NCBI GenBank assembly: GCA_963846915.1
Contig: CAWJXV010000008.1
Coordinates: 135,310 to 199,309 of the forward strand
Reading direction: 5' to 3'
DNA: 64,000 nucleotides
Source of the DNA: an uncultured Actinomycetes bacterium
Lineage (GTDB): Bacteria; Actinomycetota; Thermoleophilia; Gaiellales; Gaiellaceae
The notes under the pieces were generated by a model. That model saw only the letters and a program-made list of their open reading frames with translations. It was not told the DNA's origin and ran no database searches. Position numbers and translations under genes: made by a program. Below, one piece after another: positions 9,677 to 21,477 of the stretch; within the stretch, counting starts at the first letter, position 1, and every line of letters starts with the position of its first letter.

Positions 9677-10465
9677 TTGCCGGGCAGGCGGATCCGCACG
9701 AGATCGGCGCAGGGCCTGGCGGTCCTGTTCACGCTCGTCTGCTGGACGGCGCTCTTCGGGCTCAGCGATCTCGCGGACGGGTTCAGCGGCTTCGTCGACG
9801 GCGGCCGGAACACCGCGCTGGACGCCGGCTGGGGCATTCTCTTCGGCATCGTCCTGCCCGTCGGCCTCCTCGCGCAGCTGCGGTCGTCCTCGAGAGTCGC
9901 GGGGGTGCACGTGCTGCTGATCGCCGGGATTTCACTCGCCGCCTGGGGCGCCGCCGGCGAGGCGTGGGGCTACCTGGTGCTCGGCTCGGCCACAGTCGCC
10001 CTCGCGGCGCTCTTCGTCGCGCTGAGCGGCGAGCGCGCGTCCGTCCTGCGCCGGCGCGTCCCGGTGTTGCCTCCCTTGCTGCTCCTCGGCGCAGCGGCGA
10101 CGGTGCCGGCCGGTCTCTACGCGGTGCGCATGAGCTCGAACGCTAGGCAGCATCTCCCTCCCACCGATGCCGTATCGCTCGGCATCCCCCACTGGCCGGC
10201 ACTCGGGGCGCTCGCCTCGACCGTGGTGCTGCTCACGGTCGCGGCCGGGCTCGGCGTCCGCGGGCGTCTACTCCTCGGAAGCCTGGCCGGGCTCGCGGCG
10301 TGCCTGTGGGGCGTGTCGTGCCTGCTCTACCCCGGCGTCGCGGGGAGCGAGGGCCGAGGCTGGGCAGCGGCGGCAATCGTGTGGGCGGCGATCACGCTGG
10401 CAACCGTCGCGGTCGAGCGGCAGCGCGACGGTGCGCGAGCGGCCCCGGCGCCCGGCCCGGCCTAG
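9677..10465 (+). CDS. Hypothetical integral membrane protein
   Basis: C-terminal about 260 aa of ORF 8243..10465. Several hydrophobic helices (LAVLFTLVCWTALFGL, GILFGIVLPVGLL, LLIAGISLAAWGAAG, LPPLLLLGAAATVPAGL, TVVLLTVAAGLGV, AAAAIVWAAITLATVAV). The start is uncertain (TTG 9677 proposed). Divergent from fdhA. Confidence 0.45.
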   Translation: MPGRRIRTRSAQGLAVLFTLVCWTALFGLSDLADGFSGFVDGGRNTALDAGWGILFGIVLPVGLLAQLRSSSRVAGVHVLLIAGISLAAWGAAGEAWGYLVLGSATVALAALFVALSGERASVLRRRVPVLPPLLLLGAAATVPAGLYAVRMSSNARQHLPPTDAVSLGIPHWPALGALASTVVLLTVAAGLGVRGRLLLGSLAGLAACLWGVSCLLYPGVAGSEGRGWAAAAIVWAAITLATVAVERQRDGARAAPAPGPA

Positions 10466-10807
10466 GCTGGCGGCGTCGAAGGTGACGACGAGCCGCGCGA
10501 TCCGGTCCCCGTCCCGGGTCAGCCGCAGATCGCCTGCAGCCCGCCTCTCGTCGCGCGACCACGCGTAGCGCGCGACGACCTCGTCGCCTTCCTCGGACGC
10601 CTCCAGCACCTCGATCTCGTCGTCCGGCGGCTGCTCCCGGTACGCGGCCGCGATCGCCTCTCGCCCGTGGAACGGGCCGACCGGCACGCCCTCGAATTCG
10701 AGCGTGGCGTCGTCGGCGAACAGCTCCACCATCGCCGCGAAGTCGCCCGAGCGCACGCCCGTGTTGAAGCGCTCGACGTGCTCCGCCAGCAGCTCGAGCC
10801 CGGTCAC
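10268..10807 (-). CDS. SnoaL-like / NTF2-fold protein
   Basis: Part of ORF 10268..11614 from GTG 10807: VTGLELLAEHVERFNTGVRSGDFAAMVELFADDATLEFEGVPVGPFHGREAIAAAYRE...RLVVTFD is NTF2-like. The last roughly 65 aa are an Arg-rich tail overlapping the convergent membrane gene, so the true 3' end is doubtful. Confidence 0.55.
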   Translation of the reverse strand: MTGLELLAEHVERFNTGVRSGDFAAMVELFADDATLEFEGVPVGPFHGREAIAAAYREQPPDDEIEVLEASEEGDEVVARYAWSRDERRAAGDLRLTRDGDRIARLVVTFDAASLGRAGRRGRSRTVALPLDRDGCQRDRRPHDCRRCPASALAPRDAGVEQARHAPQARREPGQASEE

Positions 10808-10870
10808 GGGCGCGAGCACACCCCTCGCTCGAGGTAGTGGAACCCCGGGCCTCGAGCCGATATCCGGGAC

Positions 10871-11551
10871 GTGAAGCTCGCCTCGATCGCTCTCGTCGCC
10901 GGGGCCGCCGCGATCCTGTCGACCGGGACCGCCGCCGCCCCGACGCCGCTCTCGCCTGCGCCCGGGAGCTCGACGACGTCGACGCATCCGACCTTCCGCT
11001 GGACGGTGAAGGCGCCCGAGGTGTCCGACTCGATCGCGATCGCGAAGTCGCCGCGGCTCACGGCAAGCGGCGAGTTCGTCACGGCCAACATCGTCGACGT
11101 CGCCGACCTCGAGGAGGACGCCACGAGCTGGTCGCCGACGAGGCCGCTGCCCGTCGGCACGTTCTACTGGCACGTCGGCTCGATCGACACGACCCCGGGC
11201 TCGAACGCGAAGACGTTCACGGCAGCGGCGAAGCTGACGATCCGCGCCTCGGTCGTCGCCCAGTCCTTCCAGCTCCAGTGGTCGGGCCGCCAGTTCCTGG
11301 AGACGCTGACGCTGAAGGCGAATGTGCAGCAGGTCAATGTCCTGGTGAAGCTCCTCGCGGGTACGCGCGTGCTCGGTGCGCACAGGGCGACGACGAACAA
11401 CTTCCTCGTCGACGCGCCCACGCGCGACCAAGGCGTGTTCACGGTTCCGACGTCGGTCAAGCGCGGCACGAAGCTCCGCCTCGTCGCGACGCTCACGGCC
11501 AAGGGCGACACGGCGAAGGCGACGGTGAGCAAGACCCTCCGCGCACCGTAG
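10871..11551 (+). CDS. Secreted hypothetical protein
   Basis: ORF 10871..11551 (GTG start). Signal peptide MKLASIALVAGAAAILSTGTAAA, then a beta-rich sequence with no motif I recognise. Confidence 0.6.
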   Translation: MKLASIALVAGAAAILSTGTAAAPTPLSPAPGSSTTSTHPTFRWTVKAPEVSDSIAIAKSPRLTASGEFVTANIVDVADLEEDATSWSPTRPLPVGTFYWHVGSIDTTPGSNAKTFTAAAKLTIRASVVAQSFQLQWSGRQFLETLTLKANVQQVNVLVKLLAGTRVLGAHRATTNNFLVDAPTRDQGVFTVPTSVKRGTKLRLVATLTAKGDTAKATVSKTLRAP

Positions 11552-11595
11552 GCGCCCGCGGCGGGACACCGACCGCGTTTTGATTGAATCGAGGG

Positions 11596-14352
<2,757 letters not shown>

Positions 14353-14426
14353 CCGAGCGCGTCCTCAACTGGGAGGGCTGCCTGAACGTCCGCGACCTGG
14401 GCGGGCATCCGACTGCCGACGGCAGC

Positions 14427-15083
14427 GTGACGAGCTTCGGCGCCGTCGTGCGGGCGGACAGCGTCCAGCACCTCACGGCGGCGGGGCAGCGTGCGCTGCT
14501 CGACTACGGCGTGCGCACGATCGTCGACCTGCGCCGCCACGACGAGCGAACCCGCGACGTGCCGCTCGAGCTGCCCGTGGAGCTCGTGCACGTCCCGCTC
14601 GACGACTGGCACCACGAGGCGATCCACCTCGTCTGGCGAGGCGAGGGCGACGACGAGGCCGGCGTCCGGGCCGCGTACGGGCTGATGACGGAGGAGCTCG
14701 CGCCGAAGTTCGTCCAGGCGATCGAGGCCGTCGCCGACGCGCCTCCGGGCGGGGTCGTCGTCCACTGCTACGCGGGCAAGGACCGGACCGGCCTGACGTG
14801 CGCCATGCTCCTGCGGCTCGCGGGCGTCGGGATCGAGGACATCGCCGCCGACTACGGGCTCTCGGGCGAGAACATCCGCCCGCTGATCGAGCCGTGGGCG
14901 AACGCCGCGCCGGACGACCGAGAGCGCGCGCTGCGGTTCCGGATCGGCTCGTCTCCCCCGCGCGTGATGACGGACGTGCTGGCCGCGCTCGAGGAGCGCC
15001 ACGGCGATGTGCGCGGCTACCTGCTCGACGCCGGTGCGGGCCCGGCCGCGCTCGACCGCGCGCGCGGGCGGCTGTTCGGATGA
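14427..15083 (+). CDS. Protein-tyrosine phosphatase family protein (Y_phosphatase3-like)
   Basis: ORF 14427..15083. CX5R P-loop VVVHCYAGKDRTGLT. The family's conserved N-terminal NxRDLGG motif (CLNVRDLGG) lies upstream of the first canonical start. The real start is therefore probably upstream (CTG 14349, see findings). Confidence 0.8.
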   Translation: MTSFGAVVRADSVQHLTAAGQRALLDYGVRTIVDLRRHDERTRDVPLELPVELVHVPLDDWHHEAIHLVWRGEGDDEAGVRAAYGLMTEELAPKFVQAIEAVADAPPGGVVVHCYAGKDRTGLTCAMLLRLAGVGIEDIAADYGLSGENIRPLIEPWANAAPDDRERALRFRIGSSPPRVMTDVLAALEERHGDVRGYLLDAGAGPAALDRARGRLFG

Positions 15084-15616
15084 GCGACCCGCCGCTGCTC
15101 GTCGTCGTCACGGGCATGCCGGCGGCCGGGAAGACGACGCTCGCGCGCGATCTCGCCGCGCGCCTCGAACTGCCACTCGTCGAGAAGGACGAGATCAAGG
15201 AGTCGCTCTTCGACACGCTCGGCGTCGGCGACGTCGATTGGTCGCGACGGCTCGGGAGCGCGGTCTACCCGCTGATCTTCCTGTTCGCGGGCCACGTACT
15301 CGCTGCGGGTCGCCCGGTGATCGCCGAGGCGAACTTCTTCCGCGGCGATCAGGAGCCCCGCTTCCGGGAGCTGCCCCCGCACCGCGTCGTCCAGATCCAC
15401 TGCCACGCGCCGCTCGACGTCCTGCTCGAGCGATACGGCGCGCGACCCGAACGCCATCCGGGGCACCTCGACGGCGTGCGCGCCGACGAGCTCGTCGAGC
15501 GGTACGAGAGCGGCCGCAACGGGCCGCTCGACCTCGACGGCGAGCTGATCGAGCTCGACACGAGCCGTCCTGTGGACGTGGGCACGCTCGCCGAGCGGCT
15601 GGGCGCCCTGCTCTAG
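15080..15616 (+). CDS. P-loop kinase / AAA family ATPase (chloramphenicol-phosphotransferase-like fold)
   Basis: ATG 15080 within ORF 14798..15616: MSDPPLLVVVTGMPAAGKTTLARDLA (Walker A). ATGA overlap with the phosphatase stop. Confidence 0.7.
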   Translation: MSDPPLLVVVTGMPAAGKTTLARDLAARLELPLVEKDEIKESLFDTLGVGDVDWSRRLGSAVYPLIFLFAGHVLAAGRPVIAEANFFRGDQEPRFRELPPHRVVQIHCHAPLDVLLERYGARPERHPGHLDGVRADELVERYESGRNGPLDLDGELIELDTSRPVDVGTLAERLGALL

Positions 15617-15619
15617 CAG

Positions 15620-18007
15620 TCAGTCGTCGCCGAAGAACCGGCTCCAGCGGTGCAGCGCCCAGCCCGGGATGAAGCGGTTGTCCGTGAGGACCAGGCCGCA
15701 GATCGCGAGGGCGGAGCCGCAGATGATCGCGAGCCACGAGAGCAGGCCGGGAACCTCGAGCGCGTAGAAGTGCCGTCCGAACGGCAAGATCAGGACGGCC
15801 GCGTAGACGCCGCCGAGCGCGGCGCAGAGCGCTCCGACCCAGGCGCCGCGCCGCGCCGTCGTCGACTCGAGTGCGAGGATCAGGTACAGGCCGACGATCA
15901 GCAGGACCGTGGCAGCCACCGTTCGCGACTCCTTCAACGAGTGGGCGAGCACCTCGTGGACGAACAGGTAGCTGGAGAGCACCCCGAGGCCGGCGGCTGT
16001 TCCCGCCGGAATCGCGAACCGTGCGATGTCCCGGAGGAAGCCCTTGATCCTGAAGTCGCCGACGCTCGGCGAGAGCGCCAGGAAGAAACCGGGAATCCCG
16101 ATCGCGAGCGAGGCGACCAGCGACAGATGACGCGGCAGCAGCGGGTAGGCGATCGGCGTCAGCCCGATCGACACGACGAGGAAGACCGCGAACGCCGACT
16201 TGGTCACGAACAGCTTCGTGACGCGCGTGAGGTTGCGCAGCACCTTCCGCCCCTCGACGATCATGTCCGGCACGGCACCGAAGTCGTTCTGCACGAGCAC
16301 GAGGTCGGCGACGCTTCTCGCCATCTGCGACCCCGAGCCCTGCGCGATCCCGAGGCGCGACGCCTTCAGCGCCGGTACGTCGTTGACGCCGTCGCCGATC
16401 ATCGCCACGTACCGGCCCTCGGCGCGCAGCGCCTCGACGACGCTCTTCTTCCCCTCCGGTGAGATGCGACCGATGACCGAGGTCCCGAGCACCGCCCTCG
16501 CGAGCTCGGGCGGGCTCGTCGGCAGGTCGCTCCCGTCGAGTGGCGGGCCCTTCTCCGGCACGCCGGCCTCGCGGGCGATCGCGGCCACGGTCTCCGGCCG
16601 ATCGCCGGAGAGCACGCGCAGCTCGATGTTCTGCGCGAGCAGGTACTCGACCGTCTCGCGCGCGTTCGGCCGCAACTCCTCGCCGATCAAGACGATGCCG
16701 ATCGGGCGCAGGTCGGGCGGTGGCCCGTCCTCGGGCTTCGCGTGCTCGAGGTCGGTCGTCGTGGTGCCGATCGCGACCACTCGGCGCCCCTCCGCCGCTT
16801 CGGATTCGGCCCGCTGCTTGAGTCCGTCGAGTGGGAACAGCTCCGGCGCCCCGAGCACGTACTTGTCGTCCCCGATCTCGATTGCGCTCCAGCGGCGGCT
16901 GGACGAGAACGGCACCTCGGTCGTCGGGCGCTCGGCCGCGGCCGGAAACGCCGTGTGGATCGCCTCGAGCGTCGACGTCCGGCTCGCTGCGTTCGACCCG
17001 TAGCGAGCGAGCGCCTGGTCGAGCTCGTCCTTCGTCGTTCCCGGCGCCGGCACGGTCCCTAGCACTTTCGGCTCCGGCTCGGTCAGCGTGCCCGTCTTGT
17101 CCGTGCAGACGAGGTCGACCGAGGCCAGCGACTCGAGCGCGTTCAGCTGCTGGACGAGCGCTCCCCGCCGTGCCATTCGCAGCGCTGCGACGGCAAAGGT
17201 CAGGCTCGTGAGCAGAATCAGTCCCTCCGGCACGATCGTGACCGTGGCCGCGACCGCAGTCGGCACCGCATCGCTCAGCCTGGTGTGCCGGTGGTAGAGC
17301 GCGTAGCCGAGGAGAAGGCCGAGCGGCACGATCACGGCGACGAGGATGAGCAGCAGGTTGTTGAGGGCCCGCTCGAGCGGTGAGCGCGGATGCCTGAACG
17401 AGCGTGCCTCGCCGGCGATCTTCGACGCGTAGCTCTCCTCGCCGACAGCCGTCACCTCGAACTCGCCGATGCCTTCGGCCACGAACGAGCCGGAGCGCAC
17501 CTCCTCCGAGGGTCCACGATCCACAGGTCGCGACTCTCCCGTCAGGATCGACTCGTCGACCCTGAGGCCGGAAGCGGTCCTGACGTGCCCGTCCGCGACG
17601 ATCTGGTCGCCTGCCTGCACGCGGAGCAGGTCGCCGACGACGACCTTGTCGACGCTGACGTGCCGGGCAGCGCCGTCCCTGACAACGGACGCCGTCGGCG
17701 CGACGAGCGCGGCCAGCCGGTCCAGCGCCCGCTTGGCCCTCACCTCCTGGACGATCCCGATCGTCGTGTTGAAGAACAGGATCCCGAGGAAGAGGGCGTC
17801 CTGCCACTCGCCGAAGGCGATCGTCACCGCCCCGGCGACGGCCAGGATCAGGTTGAAGATCGTGAAGACGTTGGCGCGGACGATGCTCGCGTACGACCGG
17901 CTCGTCGCGAGCTTCCGCTGCGGCCCCCGGGCCTGGAGGCGCCGCGCCGCCTCGGCCTCGGTGAGCCCGCTCGGCGGCACCGCCACAGCCGTCGTCGCGG
18001 TCGCCAT
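15620..18007 (-). CDS. Cation-translocating P-type ATPase (HAD superfamily)
   Basis: ORF 15620..18007. TGESRPV, phosphorylation site CTDKTGTLTE, hinge GDGVNDVPALK, about 10 transmembrane helices. No N-terminal CxxC metal-binding domain and no CPC motif, so it is not a CopA type. Confidence 0.93.
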   Translation of the reverse strand: MATATTAVAVPPSGLTEAEAARRLQARGPQRKLATSRSYASIVRANVFTIFNLILAVAGAVTIAFGEWQDALFLGILFFNTTIGIVQEVRAKRALDRLAALVAPTASVVRDGAARHVSVDKVVVGDLLRVQAGDQIVADGHVRTASGLRVDESILTGESRPVDRGPSEEVRSGSFVAEGIGEFEVTAVGEESYASKIAGEARSFRHPRSPLERALNNLLLILVAVIVPLGLLLGYALYHRHTRLSDAVPTAVAATVTIVPEGLILLTSLTFAVAALRMARRGALVQQLNALESLASVDLVCTDKTGTLTEPEPKVLGTVPAPGTTKDELDQALARYGSNAASRTSTLEAIHTAFPAAAERPTTEVPFSSSRRWSAIEIGDDKYVLGAPELFPLDGLKQRAESEAAEGRRVVAIGTTTTDLEHAKPEDGPPPDLRPIGIVLIGEELRPNARETVEYLLAQNIELRVLSGDRPETVAAIAREAGVPEKGPPLDGSDLPTSPPELARAVLGTSVIGRISPEGKKSVVEALRAEGRYVAMIGDGVNDVPALKASRLGIAQGSGSQMARSVADLVLVQNDFGAVPDMIVEGRKVLRNLTRVTKLFVTKSAFAVFLVVSIGLTPIAYPLLPRHLSLVASLAIGIPGFFLALSPSVGDFRIKGFLRDIARFAIPAGTAAGLGVLSSYLFVHEVLAHSLKESRTVAATVLLIVGLYLILALESTTARRGAWVGALCAALGGVYAAVLILPFGRHFYALEVPGLLSWLAIICGSALAICGLVLTDNRFIPGWALHRWSRFFGDD

Positions 18008-18060
18008 CGAGAGAACCTACTGCGATTCGGGCTCCTCGGGGATCCGAGCGCCTCGGTCGA

Positions 18061-18094
18061 GTGCCTGGCACGTGCCAGGCAGGTGCCTGGCACC
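18061..18094. promoter_or_regulatory. Array of three GTGCCWGGCAC palindromic units (candidate operator)
   Basis: GTGCCTGGCAC GTGCCAGGCA G GTGCCTGGCAC C lies between the ATPase start (18007, minus strand) and the regulator start (18127, plus strand). 18062-18081 is a perfect 20-bp palindrome. AT-rich stretch TAAATCGTGCTAAGGTGTTTTTAG follows. Confidence 0.4.
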
Positions 18095-18126
18095 GATTCG
18101 GTCTAAATCGTGCTAAGGTGTTTTTA

Positions 18127-18843
18127 GTGGACGCTCTGTCGGGGATCGCACAGCCGGAACTGCGGGAGATGGTGCTCTTCGCGCGCGCACAGGCGCACGC
18201 CGTGAGCGCGGACGACGTCGCAGGGCGCTTTCGCATCCATCGCACCGTCGCGCGGGCCCGGCTCGAGCGACTCGCCGCGGCCGGGCTCCTCACCGTCTCC
18301 TTCGAGCGGCGCTCAGGCAGGTCCGGCCCGGGAGCGGGCCGGCCGACGAAGCTGTACAGCGTGCCGCCGGAGACGAGCGCGATCGAGTTCCCGCAGCGCC
18401 ACTACGACCGGCTGCTCGGGCACCTCGTCGACGCGATACCCGAGGAGGAGCGCCGAATTGCACTCACCCGAGCCGGCGTCTCGTTCGGCGCCGATCTCGC
18501 CGAGACGGCCGGCCTCACGCGCACAAAGGGCATCCGCTCGGCGGCCGAGCGGGCCTGCGCGGCGCTCGGCAAGCTCGGCTTCCAGGCCTCCGTGGCCGAG
18601 TCCACCGAGGACAGCGTGACGATCGCGACGCCGACGTGTCCGCTGCGCCCGCTCGTCGTCGCCAACCCGGAAGCAGCGATCGTCGACCGGGGCATGTGGA
18701 TGGGGCTCCTCGACGCCTACCTTCCGCGCAGCCGGCCCTGCAGCGTGAGCTGCGAGACGCGAGGATGTCTCGACAGCCACGAATCGTGCCGGGTCCTACT
18801 CAGGTTCGAGACCGACAGTCCAAATACCATCCGGCACTCGTAA
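18127..18843 (+). CDS. Winged-helix transcriptional regulator with Cys-rich C-terminal domain
   Basis: ORF 18061..18843 trimmed to GTG 18127 (VDALSGIAQPELREMVLFA...). wHTH-like region ADDVAGRFRIHRTVARARLERLAAAGLLTVSFERR...GRPTKLY. C-terminal Cys residues (TPTCPLRP, CSVSCETRGC, HESC). Divergent from the P-type ATPase. Confidence 0.6.
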   Translation: MDALSGIAQPELREMVLFARAQAHAVSADDVAGRFRIHRTVARARLERLAAAGLLTVSFERRSGRSGPGAGRPTKLYSVPPETSAIEFPQRHYDRLLGHLVDAIPEEERRIALTRAGVSFGADLAETAGLTRTKGIRSAAERACAALGKLGFQASVAESTEDSVTIATPTCPLRPLVVANPEAAIVDRGMWMGLLDAYLPRSRPCSVSCETRGCLDSHESCRVLLRFETDSPNTIRHS

Positions 18844-18865
18844 GAAGCCCGAGGAAGGAGAACCC

Positions 18866-20005
18866 GTGAGCTCGTACCGCTATCTGATCGTCGGAGGAGG
18901 CATGACCGGCGATGCCGCCTGCCGCGGGATCCGCGAGTACGACGGCGACGGCTCGATCGGGCTCGTCGGCGCCGAGCCGCACCCGCCCTACGATCGGCCG
19001 CCGCTCTCGAAAGCGCTCTGGCAGGGCAAGGACGAGAGCTCGATCTGGCGCGGGACGGAGGAGCTCGGGGCCGAGCTGCACGCCGGCCGCCGGATCGTCT
19101 CGCTCGACCTCGAACGCCGCACCGCGACCGACGACCAGGGCGACGAATACGGCTACGAGCGCATCCTGCTGGCGACGGGCGGCAAGCCGCGTCAGATCGA
19201 CGGCCTCGACGATGCGATCTACTTCCGCACCTTCGACGACTACCAGCGCCTTCGCCGGCTCTCCGGCGACGACGGGCGGTTCGTCGTCGTGGGCGGCGGC
19301 TTCATCGGCTCCGAGATCGCGGCGGCGCTCCAGTCGAGCGGCGCGAACGTGACCATGCTCTTCCCCGACGACGGGATCTGCGCCCGCCTCTTCCCCGCCG
19401 CGCTCTCGCAGTTCGTCACCGACTACTACCGCGAGAAGGGCGTCGAGGTGCTGACGGGCGAGCGGGTCCAGGCCGGCGACTCCCGGCTCGACGGCGCGGA
19501 GGCCGTCGTCGCGGGGCTCGGCATCGAGCCCGACACGGCGCTCGCCTCCGAGGCCGGCCTCCCGGTCGACAACGGCATCGTCGTCGACAGCTACGGGCGC
19601 GTCGGCCGCAACGACGTCTACGCAGCGGGCGACGTCGCGCGGTTCCCCGTCCCGGCGCTCGGCACCGAGATGCGCGTCGAGCACGAGGACCACGCACGCG
19701 CTCACGGCAGGGCGGTCGGCGCGAACATGGCCGGCGCGAACACGCCCTACGACCATCTGCCCTTCTTCTACTCCGACCTGTTCGACCTCGGCTACGAGGC
19801 GGTCGGCGAGGTCTCCTCGCGCCACGACACCGTCGAGCACTGGAAGGAGCCGGGGCGCGAAGGCGTTGTGGCGTACGTGGACGACCGGCTCGAGCCGCGT
19901 GGATTCCTGCTCTGGAACGTCTGGGGCAAGGTCGACGCCGCCCGCGACCTGATCCGCGCCGCGCAGCCGGTCGACGAGTCGACCGTGAGGGAGCTCGCCG
20001 GCTAG
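18866..20005 (+). CDS. FAD-dependent pyridine nucleotide-disulfide oxidoreductase (ferredoxin reductase / AIF-like)
   Basis: ORF 18866..20005 (GTG start). Dinucleotide folds YLIVGGGMTGDAA and FVVVGGGFIGSEIAA. YAAGDVA motif. Confidence 0.88.
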   Translation: MSSYRYLIVGGGMTGDAACRGIREYDGDGSIGLVGAEPHPPYDRPPLSKALWQGKDESSIWRGTEELGAELHAGRRIVSLDLERRTATDDQGDEYGYERILLATGGKPRQIDGLDDAIYFRTFDDYQRLRRLSGDDGRFVVVGGGFIGSEIAAALQSSGANVTMLFPDDGICARLFPAALSQFVTDYYREKGVEVLTGERVQAGDSRLDGAEAVVAGLGIEPDTALASEAGLPVDNGIVVDSYGRVGRNDVYAAGDVARFPVPALGTEMRVEHEDHARAHGRAVGANMAGANTPYDHLPFFYSDLFDLGYEAVGEVSSRHDTVEHWKEPGREGVVAYVDDRLEPRGFLLWNVWGKVDAARDLIRAAQPVDESTVRELAG

Positions 20006-20823
20006 TGACGGTCGCTGCCCACGCCGACCTCTACCGGCGCTCGATCAAGCGCCGGCCCGGAACCGAATTCGTCTGCGAGTACGTCTTCCGGCCCGCGGCG
20101 CAGCTCGTCGTGCTCGCGCTGCGGCCCTTGCGGGTCGCCCCGCCTGCGGTCGTGCTCGCGAACGCCGCCTGCGGCTTCGCCGGAGCGGTCGCGATCGCGC
20201 GAGGGAACCTGGTTGCAGGCGCACTGCTCCTGCAGGCGAAGACGCTGCTCGACAACGCCGACGGTCAACTCGCGCGAGCCACCGGCCGCGTCTCCGTCCT
20301 CGGCCGCTATCTCGACTCGGAGTCGGACCTGCTCGTGAACGCCGCCGTCCTCGCCGCGGTCGGCTACGCGGTCGACGGCCCCCTGCTCGCGCTCGCAGCG
20401 TTCGTCGTACTGACGATGGTGCTCAGCCTCGACTTCGACCTCGAGCGCCTGTTCCGGCGCGAGCACGGAGACGAGCGCGACCCGGCGCCGCCCGCCACGC
20501 AAGGCCTGGCCGGCCTGCTCGCGCGCGTCTACGCCGTGGTCTACGGCACGCAGGACCGGCTGATCGAGCGCTTCGTCGACTGGCGGCTGCGCGGCGCCGG
20601 CCCTGCCGAGCGCCTCGCCTACCACGACCGCGCCACGCTTCAGGTCCTGGCCAACTTCGGGCTCTCGACGCAGCTCGCCGCGCTCGGTCTTTGCCTGGCG
20701 ATCGGGCGTCCCGAGATCTACCTGTACGTCGTGCTCGGCTGCGGTGTCGCGGCCATGCTGCTCCTTCTGCGGAGAGAACTGCTCGCACACCGGGCCGGAC
20801 GCGTATCGACCACGAGGAGGTAA
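20005..20823 (+). CDS. CDP-alcohol phosphatidyltransferase family protein
   Basis: ORF 20005..20823. Exact family motif D-x2-DG-x2-AR-x8-G-x3-D-x3-D in DNADGQLARATGRVSVLGRYLDSESD. Multi-pass membrane protein. GTG overlaps the upstream TAG (TAGTG). Confidence 0.82.
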   Translation: MTVAAHADLYRRSIKRRPGTEFVCEYVFRPAAQLVVLALRPLRVAPPAVVLANAACGFAGAVAIARGNLVAGALLLQAKTLLDNADGQLARATGRVSVLGRYLDSESDLLVNAAVLAAVGYAVDGPLLALAAFVVLTMVLSLDFDLERLFRREHGDERDPAPPATQGLAGLLARVYAVVYGTQDRLIERFVDWRLRGAGPAERLAYHDRATLQVLANFGLSTQLAALGLCLAIGRPEIYLYVVLGCGVAAMLLLLRRELLAHRAGRVSTTRR

Positions 20824-20826
20824 CGA

Positions 20827-21477
20827 GTGCAGAGTGAGAACGTCGTCGATCTTCGGGAGGCCATCTCCCACCGGGCCGAGCCCGCGCCGCGAGAGATCGG
20901 CTCCGACGAGTGGCGGCGCTACGAGGAGTACATGCAGGAGATCTTCACCGCGCTCGGCATGGAGCCGGACACGCCCGGCACCCGCGAGACGCCGGCCCGG
21001 TTCCTGCGCGCGCTCTACGACGCGACCGCCGGCTACGACGGCGACGCGAAGCTGCTGACAGCCTTCCCGGCCGAGGGCCGCGGCGGCCCCGACAGCCTGG
21101 TCAGCCAGGTGGTCGAGGGGCCGATCTCGTTCCACTGTTTGTGCGAGCACCACGCGCTGCCGTTCTTCGGCGCCGCTCACGTCGCCTATGTCCCCCGGGA
21201 CGAGATCATCGGCATCTCCAAGCTGACGCGGCTCGTCCAGCTCTACGCACGGCGCTTCACCGTGCAGGAGCGGCTCGGCGAGCAAATCGCGGACTCGCTC
21301 GTCGACCTGATCGAGCCGCACGGCGTCGCCGTCCACCTCGAGGCGGCGCACCTCTGCACGCAGATGCGTGGCGTGCGCGAGGAGAACTCCCGGACCGTGA
21401 CGACGTTCTGGCGCGGCGGCTACTCGGACGACCAGGCGCTGCGACAGGACTTCCTCGCGCTCGTCCAGCGCTCGTGA
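20827..21477 (+). CDS. folE: GTP cyclohydrolase I
   Basis: ORF 20827..21477. FHCLCEHHALPFFG, GISKLTRLV, RFTVQERL, HLCTQMRGV. Confidence 0.93.
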   Translation: MQSENVVDLREAISHRAEPAPREIGSDEWRRYEEYMQEIFTALGMEPDTPGTRETPARFLRALYDATAGYDGDAKLLTAFPAEGRGGPDSLVSQVVEGPISFHCLCEHHALPFFGAAHVAYVPRDEIIGISKLTRLVQLYARRFTVQERLGEQIADSLVDLIEPHGVAVHLEAAHLCTQMRGVREENSRTVTTFWRGGYSDDQALRQDFLALVQRS

